Source: Thiorhodococcus fuscus (GTDB taxonomy: Bacteria > Pseudomonadota > Gammaproteobacteria > Chromatiales > Chromatiaceae). Taken from it: a stretch of 64,000 bases of DNA. Position 1 is the stretch's first letter. The number at the start of each line of letters is the position of its first letter. This document shows positions 47,497 through 57,243 of this stretch, one piece after another. The position numbers and the translations under genes are program-made. The notes below the pieces were generated by a model, which ran no database searches, had not been told where the DNA came from, and saw only the letters and a list, made by a program, of their open reading frames with translations. The stretch spans positions 55,805 through 119,804 of the forward strand of contig NZ_JBHUHX010000009.1 in NCBI RefSeq assembly GCF_042682685.1, in the 5' to 3' direction.

Positions 47497-47780
47497 GTGG
47501 CTCTTCGTCTCGGCTTCAAACATGCCATCGAGCATCGCCTGACCAAACCCAGAACCCCGCAGACCAATGGCATGGTCGAACGCTTCAATGGGCGCATCGC
47601 CAAGGTACTGGCCAACACGCTTCGACTCGTCGCAGAGTTTGGAGCAAACCATCACCCGCTACGTCCAGGTATACAACCAGCATATTCCGCAAAAAGCACT
47701 CAGGCACATGGCCCCGATTCAAGCCGTCAAGGATTGGGCTGAGAAACGCCCCGAACTATTCAAAAAGCAGGTATATAATT
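47497..47780 (+). pseudogene. IS481-family transposase, 3'-terminal remnant (5'-truncated, internal frameshift)
   Basis: ..TKPRTPQTNGMVERFNGRIAKVLANT then, after a -1/+1 shift, ..RFDSSQSLEQTITRYVQVYNQHIPQKALRHMAPIQAVKDWAEKRPELFKK is the rve-domain C-terminus typical of IS481-family transposases. It abuts the trkH stop. Confidence 0.6.
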
Positions 47781-47797
47781 TTCGGGGATTTTACACC

Positions 47798-47849
47798 GGC
47801 TTCATACTGCGTCCTTCGCTCTCGCTCAGGCCGCAGTATGAAGCCGGCT
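47798..47849. repeat. Perfect 15-bp inverted repeat hairpin between the IS remnant and the TIR gene
   Basis: ccggcttcatactgcg-N20-cgcagtatgaagccgg. Confidence 0.5.
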
Positions 47850-47880
47850 GTGCAAAGCTTTGGATGCTTGGAGAGAAGTA

Positions 47881-48702
47881 ATGGTCGATAAAAACGAGAA
47901 GTCGCTTGAAGAGCAGATAGTCGAGCGTTACCGAGCAGTTGTGGCCCAGCACTACCCCGAGCAGTTATCTGCGTGGCCCGTGCTGTCCGGCTATGACTCA
48001 AAAATCGGGAGTTACCAGGGTTGGCTCGTTGTCATCCTCAATCACACTGGCAATCCTGTGATGAGATCGTTCAGCGGGATCGGCGATCTTCCGCAGAATC
48101 TTTTGGGAGTCGCGCAGCTTGATGTAGCAAGCAAAGAGAAAGCTCGCTCAAGGCTTAACCGTCATTTCAATCTTCGCCCAACAGACGCAATAGTATTCAT
48201 AGATCCCGCTGGAAGCATCAATGACGAGCTTGGTCACATGCTCAAGAAGCACGAATTCGCCATGGGCCTAACACCGATGAAGATATTCCTCAGCCATAAA
48301 GGTGCCGACAAACCGCTAATTAGGGAATACAAGAAGACTTTGGAAATCATTGGATTTGATCCGTGGCTGGACGAAGATGCAATGCACGCAGGATTGGAGT
48401 TAGAGAGAGAACTCTTGAAGGGCTTCGCAGACTCATGCGCAGCCGTCTTCTTTGTAACCACCAACTACAAGGATGAAAACTTTCTAGCCTCTGAAGTTGA
48501 CTATGCAATTCAAGAGAAGCGCAAAAAGGGAGATAAGTTTTCCATCATTACTCTGGTCTTTCACGAACCAAGCGAGAAGGCGAAGGTGCCAGACCTCCTG
48601 ACACGCTATGTCTGGAAAGAACCATCTGGGCAGCTTGAAGGGCTTCGGGAAATTTTAAAGGCACTTCCCGTACAAACTGGTCAAGTCTATTGGCGTCCGT
48701 GA
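47881..48702 (+). CDS. TIR-domain protein with ~135-aa N-terminal domain of unknown function
   Basis: 273 aa on a low-GC patch. The C-terminal ~135 aa (MKIFLSHKGADKPLIREYKKTLEIIGFDPWLDEDAMHAGLELERELLKGFADSCAAVFFVTTNYKDENFLASEVDYAI) fits the bacterial TIR fold pattern (hFlSH...D, W.D, conserved Glu). Good RBS (ggagagaag) before ATG 47881. Confidence 0.65.
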   Translation: MVDKNEKSLEEQIVERYRAVVAQHYPEQLSAWPVLSGYDSKIGSYQGWLVVILNHTGNPVMRSFSGIGDLPQNLLGVAQLDVASKEKARSRLNRHFNLRPTDAIVFIDPAGSINDELGHMLKKHEFAMGLTPMKIFLSHKGADKPLIREYKKTLEIIGFDPWLDEDAMHAGLELERELLKGFADSCAAVFFVTTNYKDENFLASEVDYAIQEKRKKGDKFSIITLVFHEPSEKAKVPDLLTRYVWKEPSGQLEGLREILKALPVQTGQVYWRP

Positions 48703-48800
48703 ACGTCGCATCCAAACAGGTTCTAGCCGATGTCCCTGCCTCCGCTTCGCTCCGGCAGGGCCGCGCCTGAACCTGAGCGTTGGACGGATCCTGATCGCAC

Positions 48801-49982
48801 TTACGCGAGCTCGCTGTCCTGTTCCCGAGCGTTTACCGACTGGACCGATGCATGTCCCGGCGTTCCGGCTTGGTAGAGGAAGGCCGCGACCAGCGCGGTG
48901 AAGGGGGCCACGGTGATGAGTCCGAAGCTGCCGACCAGGATGTTGACCACCTCGGCGGCGACGAAGGGGGCGTTGAGGATGTTCGCGGCCGGGAGCCCCT
49001 TGGCCATGAACAGCAGGAACATGGCGATGTGGCTGCTCGAATAGGCGAGCAGCAGCGTGGTGGTCATGGTCCCGATCACCGCCCTTCCGACCCTCAGCCC
49101 CGAGGTCAGGTGCTCGAACAGCCCGATGCCCGGATGATTGCGCTGGATCTCGTCCATGCTGGCGGCGATGTCCATCGCCAGATCCATGACTGCGCCCGAT
49201 GAGGCGATGAAGATGCTGGCGATGAAGATATCGGTCAGACGCAGGTCGTAGTAGCCCGCATAGAGCAGCGTCTCGGCGAATGGCCTCACCGCGCCGTGCA
49301 GATGGAAGGCGTTGACGGACCAGAGCGCCAGGGCGCAGGTCAGGGAGACCCCGAGCATGGAGCCGGCGAAGGTCGCGATGCCGCGCCGGCTGAGTCCTCC
49401 AACCGAGAAGGTGATGACCCCGGTCAGCAGCGCAACCAGCGCCAGCCCGGACGGGATTGGCGAATAGCCGAGCAGTACCAGTGGAAAGAAGACCTTCCAC
49501 AGCACCAGGGCGGCGAAGACGAACGACAGCGCCGCCTTGAGCCCGGTGACTCCGGCGACCGCGATCAGCAGTACCACGAAGACACCGATCAGCATCAGCT
49601 CCAAGCCCAGCCGGTAATAGCCGCGCGCCATTCCATTGGCCGGCTTGCCGTTCTTGACCCCGTACTCGACCAGGATGACCTGGCCCTCCTCGTAGAACTC
49701 GTCGAGTTCCATCTTGCCGGTCAGGATGTTGGTGACCGCCAATTCCTGACCTTTGTATGGACCGTCGAGCAGACGCACGATGAGGAATTGATCCTCGGTC
49801 TTGACGATGAGATTGACCCGCACCTGACTGTTGTCGACCTGGGTAACCAGGGCGCGCGCGTGCAGACCCGTCTCGGCGGAGGGCACGGGCGACAGATCGA
49901 TCAAGGCGAGCAGACCGCAGATGAGCGCGATGACCAGGGCGAACAGCCAGTCTCGGCTCAAAACAAATCGAAAGGGTTTCAT
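48801..49982 (-). CDS. YibE/F-family membrane protein
   Basis: 393 aa. N-terminal periplasmic segment plus a multi-TM YibE/F-like core. Confidence 0.65.
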   Translation of the reverse strand: MKPFRFVLSRDWLFALVIALICGLLALIDLSPVPSAETGLHARALVTQVDNSQVRVNLIVKTEDQFLIVRLLDGPYKGQELAVTNILTGKMELDEFYEEGQVILVEYGVKNGKPANGMARGYYRLGLELMLIGVFVVLLIAVAGVTGLKAALSFVFAALVLWKVFFPLVLLGYSPIPSGLALVALLTGVITFSVGGLSRRGIATFAGSMLGVSLTCALALWSVNAFHLHGAVRPFAETLLYAGYYDLRLTDIFIASIFIASSGAVMDLAMDIAASMDEIQRNHPGIGLFEHLTSGLRVGRAVIGTMTTTLLLAYSSSHIAMFLLFMAKGLPAANILNAPFVAAEVVNILVGSFGLITVAPFTALVAAFLYQAGTPGHASVQSVNAREQDSELA

Positions 49983-50099
49983 CGAGGCTCCATGGCCGAA
50001 CCGCCGTCTCTCGCGCGACGCCGTGGCGGTCCGGTAAACAGGAACGGCGCCGTCGCGAGAACGGCGCCGTATGGCGGGAAACGGAGACGGCGGGAGGTC

Positions 50100-51620
50100 T
50101 TATTTGACGACCGGAAGGGTCTCCCGGAAGCCCATTGCCTTGGACAGATTCTTGGCGATGTCCGTGTTGTCGTAGAAGCCGGCAAAGAGATCTGCCTGAC
50201 CTCCTTGCGCGAAGACGGGTACCGGAACGCCAGTGTGGGAGTAGGACGTCCAGCCGATGCTGGCGACCTCGTTCAGGATGTGGGTAATGGTGACGACGAT
50301 CGGCTCGTAGCTGCCGTACAACAGCGTGTTCTCGGCACCGCTGTTGTCGTTCTCGCCGATCATGGACATGTCGTAGGCGTCTTCCAGCTTCTCCTTCTGG
50401 TAGTCGTTCAGGTCGTCCCAGACGAGTCCGAAGTCATCCTTCAGCAGGGCGACCATCTCGGCGTTGGAGGAGAGATTGTCGTCGGCCGTCCAGTCGTAGC
50501 CGCTCTCGTATTTCGCCTTGTGGGCCTCCCATTGATTGGCGGCGAAATACTCGAAGCTGTTCGACTGACCGAAGAGCTTGTCGTAATGGGCGCTATAGCC
50601 CGTGGTCGCGTGACCGATGGTCATGCCGCCGGTTTCGTGGTCGCCGGTTACGACGATCAGGGTGTCGTTCGGGTGCTTGGCGTAGAAGGCCAGCGCCTTG
50701 GCGATGGCCGCGTCGAAGTCGAGCACGTCATTGATCGCGGCGACCGCGTCGTTGGCGTGGCAGGCCCAGTCGACCTTGCCGCCCTCGACCATGATGAAGA
50801 AGCCGCGATTGTTCTTCGCGTAGAGGTTTTCGATCGCGACCTCGGTCATTTCGGCCAGCGAGAGATTGGTCGCCGGACGATCGATCGCGTAGGGCATGGC
50901 GGAGGAGTTGTCCAGGGTCTCGTTGATGGCGACGACCTTCTCCGGGGCACCACGACCCTTCAGCGCCAGGATGGACTCGCGATCGTTGACCACGGTGTAG
51001 CCGTTGGCGGTCAGCAGATCCCAGATGTTGTTCTCGGAGTCTCCGCTTCGAGCGGCACCGGTCGGGGCGACAAGGCCGCCGCCACCGAAGAAGTCGTAAC
51101 CGGACTCGGCGAGCTGGGTCTCGATCTGGTTCATGTAGCCACGGCTAGTCACGCTCGCGTAGTAGGCGGCCGGGGTGGCGTGATCCAGCGAGACGCTGGT
51201 GAGGATACCGACATTGCGGCCATGCTCGTGGGCGAGCTGGGCGACGCTCTTGTAGCTGGTGGTCAGGGTCTCGTCCATGCCGAGGACACCACTCTTGGTC
51301 TTGATACCGGTCGCGAAGGCGGTACCGGCCGAGGCCGAGTCGGTCATGAGCGCACCGGCGTCATAGGTAGTCTGCATGCCCTGGACGGGCAGCTTGGTCA
51401 TGTTCAGGCGATTGTCGGGGTTGAGCAGATCGACCGCCTTGGTCGCCGAACCGCCGTTCTTGGTGGTCAGATAGGCCTCGGTCGCCTGGATCTGGCCGCT
51501 CGCCATGCCGTCGCCAAGGAAAAAGAAAACATACTTCGCCAATGGTGCAGCGTCGGCCAAGCTGGCGGAGCAAAGCGCCGCCACGGCCAATAGCCGGGAA
51601 ATCGAATGTGTCGGGGTCAT
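50100..51620 (-). CDS. Alkaline phosphatase (PhoA family)
   Basis: 506 aa. Signal peptide, FLGDGM, active-site DSASAGTA (nucleophilic Ser), VVTGDHETGG, SYSHTG metal ligands. Confidence 0.85.
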   Translation of the reverse strand: MTPTHSISRLLAVAALCSASLADAAPLAKYVFFFLGDGMASGQIQATEAYLTTKNGGSATKAVDLLNPDNRLNMTKLPVQGMQTTYDAGALMTDSASAGTAFATGIKTKSGVLGMDETLTTSYKSVAQLAHEHGRNVGILTSVSLDHATPAAYYASVTSRGYMNQIETQLAESGYDFFGGGGLVAPTGAARSGDSENNIWDLLTANGYTVVNDRESILALKGRGAPEKVVAINETLDNSSAMPYAIDRPATNLSLAEMTEVAIENLYAKNNRGFFIMVEGGKVDWACHANDAVAAINDVLDFDAAIAKALAFYAKHPNDTLIVVTGDHETGGMTIGHATTGYSAHYDKLFGQSNSFEYFAANQWEAHKAKYESGYDWTADDNLSSNAEMVALLKDDFGLVWDDLNDYQKEKLEDAYDMSMIGENDNSGAENTLLYGSYEPIVVTITHILNEVASIGWTSYSHTGVPVPVFAQGGQADLFAGFYDNTDIAKNLSKAMGFRETLPVVK

Positions 51621-51852
51621 TTGCTCAACTCCTGCAAATAGAGATGGGCACCGCCCCGAAAACCGGGGCGGCGAAAAAATCGAGGGGAAATCCCAAGCGG
51701 TCCCCCTTGGTTTGACGCAGGAAATCTAACGAATAACCATTTCGACAGTGTGACAATTGGATGAAGCTGTTGCCCAACCGCCGTCACTGACGGCACGGCC
51801 TCACCGACCGAAAGCGCCCGCCGACCACCCGTTCGACAGGGATGTCGTCAGC

Positions 51853-51902
51853 TGTTCCGATTCTCACAAGCGCTCGCCCAGAGACCTGTCGTAATCCTCA
51901 CA
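51853..51902 (+). promoter_or_regulatory. Two NifA UAS elements (TGT-N10-ACA) upstream of nifB
   Basis: TGTtccgattctcACA at 51853-51868 and TGTcgtaatcctcACA at 51887-51902, followed by an AT-rich IHF-like stretch (aaatcaatctcataataaa) at ~51925-51960. Confidence 0.55.
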
Positions 51903-51964
51903 ACGTGGAAAAACGGCACAGAATAAATTTATTAAAATCAATCTCATAATAAATTTCATCACGC

Positions 51965-51980
51965 AGGCATGACAATTGCT
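51965..51980 (+). promoter_or_regulatory. Sigma-54 (-24/-12) promoter of nifB
   Basis: aGGCATgacaaTTGCT with canonical GG-N10-GC spacing, ~65 bp upstream of the nifB ATG. Confidence 0.6.
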
Positions 51981-52044
51981 TTCACCTGGATCAGATTCTT
52001 CGATCCACTGGGGCGGGCGCCCCCGATTCTCTGGAGGCAGCGTG

Positions 52045-53538
52045 ATGGAGTTGAAGGTAAAGAGCCAGGGCGGTTGCGCATCGAGCGGCTGCGGCAGCAG
52101 CACGGACCGACTCGCCCATCTGCCGGAGGCGATCCGCGCAAAGGTCAACAACCATCCCTGTTTCTCCGAGGATGCGCACCATCACTATGCGCGGATGCAC
52201 GTCGCCGTGGCGCCGGCCTGCAATATCCAGTGCCACTACTGCAACCGTAAGTACGACTGCTCCAACGAATCCCGCCCCGGCGTGGTCTCCGAGGTCTTGA
52301 GCCCGGACCAGGCAGTGAAGAAGGTGCTGGCTGTCGCGGCCAACATTCCACAGATGACGGTGCTCGGCATCGCCGGCCCCGGCGATCCGCTGGCCAACCC
52401 GGAGCGCACACTGGAGACCTTCCGCCAGCTCTCCGAGAAGGCCCCGGACATCCGTCTCTGCGTCTCGACCAACGGCCTGGCCCTGCCCGAGTTGGTCGAC
52501 GAGATCTGCAAGCACAACATCGAACACGTCACCATCACCATCAACTGCGTGGACCCGGACGTCGGGGCCAAGATCTATCCCTGGATCTTCTGGAACAACC
52601 GCCGCATCAAGGGCCGGAAGGCCGCCGAGATCCTGATCGCACAGCAGCAGAAGGGTCTGGAGATGCTGGTCGAGCGCGGCGTGCTGGTGAAGGTCAACTC
52701 GGTGCTCATCCCCGGCGTGAACGACGCGCATCTCAAGGAGGTCAGCCGCGTCGTCAAGGCGAAGGGCGCCTTCCTGCACAACGTGATGCCCCTGATCGCC
52801 GAGCCCGAGCACGGCACCTTCTACGGCCTCATGGGCCAGCGCGGCCCGACCAACGAGGAGCTTCAGACCCTACAGGACGCCTGCGCCGGCGATATGGCCA
52901 TGATGCGCCACTGCCGCCAATGTCGCGCCGATGCGGTCGGCATGCTCGGCGAGGATCGGGGACACGAGTTCACCCTCGACAAGATCGAAACCATGGAGAT
53001 CGACTACGCCGCAGCCATGACCCGCCGCGCCCAGGTCCATGCCGAGATCGAGGCCAATCGGGCGGCCCAACGCCAGCAGAGCGGCGAGGTCTTCGTCTCG
53101 CTCGCCTCGCTCAAGCGACCGGCCCCCAAGAAGACCGAAACGCGTCCGGTGCTGATGGCGGTCGCCACCACCGGCGGCGGTGTCGTCAATCAGCATTTCG
53201 GCCATGCCCGCGAGTTCCTCGTCTACGAGGCATCGAGCACGGACGTGCGTTTCATCGGGGTCCGTAAGGTCGATCTCTACTGCTCCGGCGGCGATACCTG
53301 CGGGGACGCGGAGACCACGCTGCAAAAAACCATTCGCACGCTGTCGGGCTGCGAGGTCGTGCTCTGTTCCAAGATCGGCTATGAGCCCTGGGGCATGCTG
53401 GAGGCCGCAGGCATCACCCCGAACGGCGAGCACGCGATCGAGCCGATCGAAGAGGCCGTCGCCACGGTCTATCGCGAGATGCTCGAATCGGGCCGCCTCG
53501 ACAGCGCGCCCGCCCCCGAACAACGCATGTCGGCCTGA
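52045..53538 (+). CDS. nifB: FeMo cofactor biosynthesis radical-SAM protein NifB (with C-terminal NifX-like domain)
   Basis: Radical SAM CNIQCHYCNRKYDC and the NifB signature around HPCFSEDAHHHYARMHVAVAPACN. C-terminal NifX/NafY-like domain. Confidence 0.9.
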   Translation: MELKVKSQGGCASSGCGSSTDRLAHLPEAIRAKVNNHPCFSEDAHHHYARMHVAVAPACNIQCHYCNRKYDCSNESRPGVVSEVLSPDQAVKKVLAVAANIPQMTVLGIAGPGDPLANPERTLETFRQLSEKAPDIRLCVSTNGLALPELVDEICKHNIEHVTITINCVDPDVGAKIYPWIFWNNRRIKGRKAAEILIAQQQKGLEMLVERGVLVKVNSVLIPGVNDAHLKEVSRVVKAKGAFLHNVMPLIAEPEHGTFYGLMGQRGPTNEELQTLQDACAGDMAMMRHCRQCRADAVGMLGEDRGHEFTLDKIETMEIDYAAAMTRRAQVHAEIEANRAAQRQQSGEVFVSLASLKRPAPKKTETRPVLMAVATTGGGVVNQHFGHAREFLVYEASSTDVRFIGVRKVDLYCSGGDTCGDAETTLQKTIRTLSGCEVVLCSKIGYEPWGMLEAAGITPNGEHAIEPIEEAVATVYREMLESGRLDSAPAPEQRMSA

Positions 53539-53552
53539 GAGGAAACGCGACA

Positions 53553-53831
53553 ATGGCACTGACAATCATCGAAAGCTGCGTCAATTGCTGGGCCTGCGAG
53601 CCCCTGTGTCCGAGCAAGGCTATCGTCGCGGCCAAACCGCACTTCCTGATCGACGCCAAGAAGTGCAGCGAATGCGACGGCGATTTCGCCGAGCCTCAAT
53701 GCGCAAGCATCTGTCCGATCGAGGGGGCGATTCTCGACGCGGCTGGACGCGCGGTAAATCCGCCAGGCTCCTTGACCGGAATCCCACCCGAACGCCTGGC
53801 GGCGACCCAGGCCGAAATCCGCGCCCGCTGA
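53553..53831 (+). CDS. fdxN: 2x[4Fe-4S] ferredoxin (FdxN-like) downstream of nifB
   Basis: 92 aa. CVNCWACEPLCP and CSECDGDFAEPQCASICP cluster motifs. Confidence 0.8.
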   Translation: MALTIIESCVNCWACEPLCPSKAIVAAKPHFLIDAKKCSECDGDFAEPQCASICPIEGAILDAAGRAVNPPGSLTGIPPERLAATQAEIRAR

Positions 53832-54031
53832 TCCAGGGCGCGAACTCGAAACACCATCGATTGCGTAGCGGGATTGCGTTGAACGCCACACAGAATCGCG
53901 TTGTGTCGCATTCAGGTCGAACGGACGACCGGCATCGGACGGCCGAACTCGGCGATCCGAATCATGACGAGCGCCGCGCCGCATCCAGGTGGAGGGCTCA
54001 TCGAACAGACTGACAAGAGGAGAAGGGCAAC

Positions 54032-54475
54032 GTGAGCAGGTCCGTGATCTTCTACGAGAAGCCGGGATGCATCTCCAACGCCAAGCAGAAATCACTGCTG
54101 AAGTCGCTCGGCCACCGCCTGAGCGTGCGCAATCTGCTGACCGAGTCCTGGACGGCGGAGCGGCTGCGTCCCTTTTTCGGCGAGCGTCCGGTACGCGACT
54201 GGTTCAATCCGACCGCGCCCCGCATCAAGGCGGGCGAGGTCGAGCCGGGTGCGCTCGATGCGGCGACCGCCCTATCCCTGATGATTGCCGATCCGCTACT
54301 GATCCGCCGTCCCCTGATCGAGTGCGACCTCGGGGTAAGCTGCGGTTTCGACGCGGATCCCCTGCTCGATGCCTTGGGCGTGCAACTGACCGAGGGCCAG
54401 GACCTGCAGTCCTGCTCGCAGACGGGGCCGGATCCCCATTGCGATCTGCCGAGCGCCGAGGCGGATCTACGATGA
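54032..54475 (+). CDS. nifO: ArsC/Spx-family nitrogenase-associated protein (NifO-like)
   Basis: 147 aa. IFYEKPGCISNAKQKSLL is the ArsC-family redox-active CxxN/S region. GTG start. Position matches nifB-fdxN-nifO-nifQ synteny. Confidence 0.65.
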   Translation: MSRSVIFYEKPGCISNAKQKSLLKSLGHRLSVRNLLTESWTAERLRPFFGERPVRDWFNPTAPRIKAGEVEPGALDAATALSLMIADPLLIRRPLIECDLGVSCGFDADPLLDALGVQLTEGQDLQSCSQTGPDPHCDLPSAEADLR

Positions 54476-55767
54476 CGCACCTTCCGCCGACTTCCCGAAA
54501 CGGCATGGCCGAGGCGACCGAGGCGGTCGAGATCCGGCCCGGTCTGCATTGGATCGGTGCGCTCGATCCGGGACTGCGCACCTTCGACATCATCCTGCGC
54601 ACGGCCAACGGTACCACCTACAACGCCTATCTGGTGCGCGGGAGCGATGGGGTCGCCGTCATCGATACCGTCAAGGCGGAGTTCGCCGACGACTTCTTCG
54701 CCCGGCTGGAATCGGTCGCCCGTTACGACGAGATCAAGGTCATCGTGCTCAATCATCTTGAGCCGGACCACACGGGCGCGCTGCCCGAACTCATGCGTCG
54801 CGCACCCCAGGCGCGGCTCCATATCTCGGTCCGCGCGCCGGCCATGCTCAAGGCGCTGCTCAAGCCGAGCGAGGAGCATCCGCTCGAATACCAGACCGTC
54901 GACACCGGAGACGAGGTCTCGCTCGGCGACCGCACGCTGCGCTTCCTGCATACGCCCTTTCTGCATTGGCCGGATACCCAATGCACCTATCTGGTCGAGG
55001 AAGCGACGCTCTTCTCCGGGGACATTTTCGGCTGTCATCACTGCGACAGCCGCATGTTCAACGAGCAGTGCGGGGACTTCCGTTTCTCGTTCGATTACTA
55101 CTACGCGCACATCATGCGACCGTTCAAGACGCACGTGATGGACGCCCTCAAGCTGATCGAACCACTGCCGCTCAAGATCATCGCGCCGACCCACGGCCCC
55201 ATTCTGCGCGACCGGCCCAGACGCTATCTGACCCGGTATCGCGAACTCTCGACATCGACCTTCGCCGAGCGGATCGGCAACGAGGACCCGACGCTGGTCG
55301 TCTTCTATATGAGCTCCTACGGCAACACCGCGCGGATGGCCGAGGCCGTTCGCACCGGTGCCGAGGAGGCCGGGGCGCGCGTCTCGCTCTACGACCTGGA
55401 AGGCGGCGAGATCCAGCCCTTCGTGGACCTGGTCGAATCGGCCGACGCGCTGGCCTTCGGATCGCCAACCATCAATGGGGACGCGGTAAAGCCGATCTGG
55501 GACCTGCTTTCCTCGCTCGCCGTGATCGAGCTCAAGGGCAAGCTCGGTGCCGCCTTCGGTTCCTACGGCTGGACCGGCGAGGCGGTACGCATGATCGAGG
55601 ACCGCATGCGCGGATTGAAGATGCGTGTTCCGGTGGCGGGGCTGCGCATCAAACTCATCCCGACCGATGAGGAACTGGCCGAGTGCCGCGACTTCGGACG
55701 TGCGCTGGCCGGTGCCATCGTGAGTGGAGAGAAGGGTCGAGTCATCGATTTCGCCGACTTGGGCTGA
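54472..55767 (+). CDS. Flavodiiron protein (metallo-beta-lactamase-like diiron domain + flavodoxin domain)
   Basis: NHLEPDHTGA (H-x-E-x-D-H diiron site), C-terminal flavodoxin-like MSSYGNTARMAEAV. ATGA-coupled to the preceding gene. Confidence 0.8.
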   Translation: MTHLPPTSRNGMAEATEAVEIRPGLHWIGALDPGLRTFDIILRTANGTTYNAYLVRGSDGVAVIDTVKAEFADDFFARLESVARYDEIKVIVLNHLEPDHTGALPELMRRAPQARLHISVRAPAMLKALLKPSEEHPLEYQTVDTGDEVSLGDRTLRFLHTPFLHWPDTQCTYLVEEATLFSGDIFGCHHCDSRMFNEQCGDFRFSFDYYYAHIMRPFKTHVMDALKLIEPLPLKIIAPTHGPILRDRPRRYLTRYRELSTSTFAERIGNEDPTLVVFYMSSYGNTARMAEAVRTGAEEAGARVSLYDLEGGEIQPFVDLVESADALAFGSPTINGDAVKPIWDLLSSLAVIELKGKLGAAFGSYGWTGEAVRMIEDRMRGLKMRVPVAGLRIKLIPTDEELAECRDFGRALAGAIVSGEKGRVIDFADLG

Positions 55768-55994
55768 ACAGGTCCGGGACCTTGACTCGACCTGCGGAGC
55801 CTATGCGATTGGCTAGGCTGTGCACCCTCTCCCACGGTCATTCTCCCGTCCGAGGGAGAGGAGAACCTGTCCGGCGCCCCTCGGGGATTCGGGTCCGGGA
55901 GAGCGGGAAATGGACCGAAAAGCGACGCCCCCTGGTTGTCCCGGGACGGCCCGCCGATCGCCAGCCATTGACCAAATCAACCATCGAAACATAG

Positions 55995-56291
<297 letters not shown>

Positions 56292-56308
56292 TACAGGGGA
56301 GAAGTATC

Positions 56309-56659
56309 GTGCCACTCGTAACCTTTTCGAACCCCGAGTACAAGGACAAGACCGTTTATGCCGTGGCGGGAAGCCACACCGAAACGCTGCTCAAGCTGGC
56401 CAAGGAGCACAAGATCCCGGTCCATCACGACTGCCAGGACGGCGAGTGCGGCAATTGCGTCGTGCGCGTGTCCAGCGTCGACAACAAGCAACAGCGGATG
56501 GGATATCATCTGACCGACAAGGAGCAGACCGTTCTGCGCCACCTAGGCAAACTGACCAAGGAAGACATCGAACGCCTGGCGCTCGATGACATGCCCAGCG
56601 AATGGCGTCTGGCCTGCCAGATGATCGTTCGCGACGAAGACATCCTCGTGGAGTACTGA
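56309..56659 (+). CDS. 2Fe-2S ferredoxin-like protein
   Basis: 116 aa. CQDGECGNC...C. GTG start with ggggagaag RBS. Confidence 0.6.
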   Translation: MPLVTFSNPEYKDKTVYAVAGSHTETLLKLAKEHKIPVHHDCQDGECGNCVVRVSSVDNKQQRMGYHLTDKEQTVLRHLGKLTKEDIERLALDDMPSEWRLACQMIVRDEDILVEY

Positions 56660-56661
56660 TC

Positions 56662-57243
56662 ATGTCGACCCTGGCCTACGACCTGACGCGGGAAGCCGAT
56701 CGCGTCTTCGCCCGATTGATGGTGCGTGCGGCCGGGGACGGCAATGATCGAGCCTTCGCGGCGATGATCGCAACGCGCGCCGCCGGTGGCGGTGCGCTCC
56801 CCGCCTGGCTGGGGCTGGATCTGGGCGATTTTCGCAATCTCATGGCCCATCATTTCCCGGGCGTCTCGCCCGACGTGCTCAGCGCCATCGACTCGGGCCA
56901 ACCTCTGACCGACGCGCGCCAGGACGAGCGCGATGAACTGATCGAACTCATGCTGACGCATCGCGCCAACCGCACCCTCTCCGAGGTCTGGATGGCCAGC
57001 GTCGTCGCCGCCGGCTGCATGGCCAGCGACCATCTGTGGCAGGATCTCGGGCTCTGGGAACGTCCCGAGCTGACCGCCCTGATGAACAGAAACTTCCCGA
57101 CCCTGGCCGAGCGCAACACCAAGGACATGAAGTGGAAGCGCTTCCTCTACAAGCAGTTGTGCGAGGCCGAGGGCATCTATGTCTGCCGCTCCCCGTCCTG
57201 CGAGGTCTGCGTCGACTACCATGTTTGTTTCGAATCCGACTGA
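56662..57243 (+). CDS. nifQ: NifQ (molybdenum donor for FeMo-co synthesis)
   Basis: C-terminal CRSPSCEVCVDYHVC (Cx4Cx2Cx5C) and overall NifQ-like sequence. Immediately follows the ferredoxin gene. Confidence 0.75.
   Translation: MSTLAYDLTREADRVFARLMVRAAGDGNDRAFAAMIATRAAGGGALPAWLGLDLGDFRNLMAHHFPGVSPDVLSAIDSGQPLTDARQDERDELIELMLTHRANRTLSEVWMASVVAAGCMASDHLWQDLGLWERPELTALMNRNFPTLAERNTKDMKWKRFLYKQLCEAEGIYVCRSPSCEVCVDYHVCFESD

Noticed and set aside
49296-51593. 765-aa plus-strand ORF
   Set aside because: Antisense to YibE/F and alkaline phosphatase. No motifs, His/Gly/Asp-rich. A spurious GC-frame ORF.
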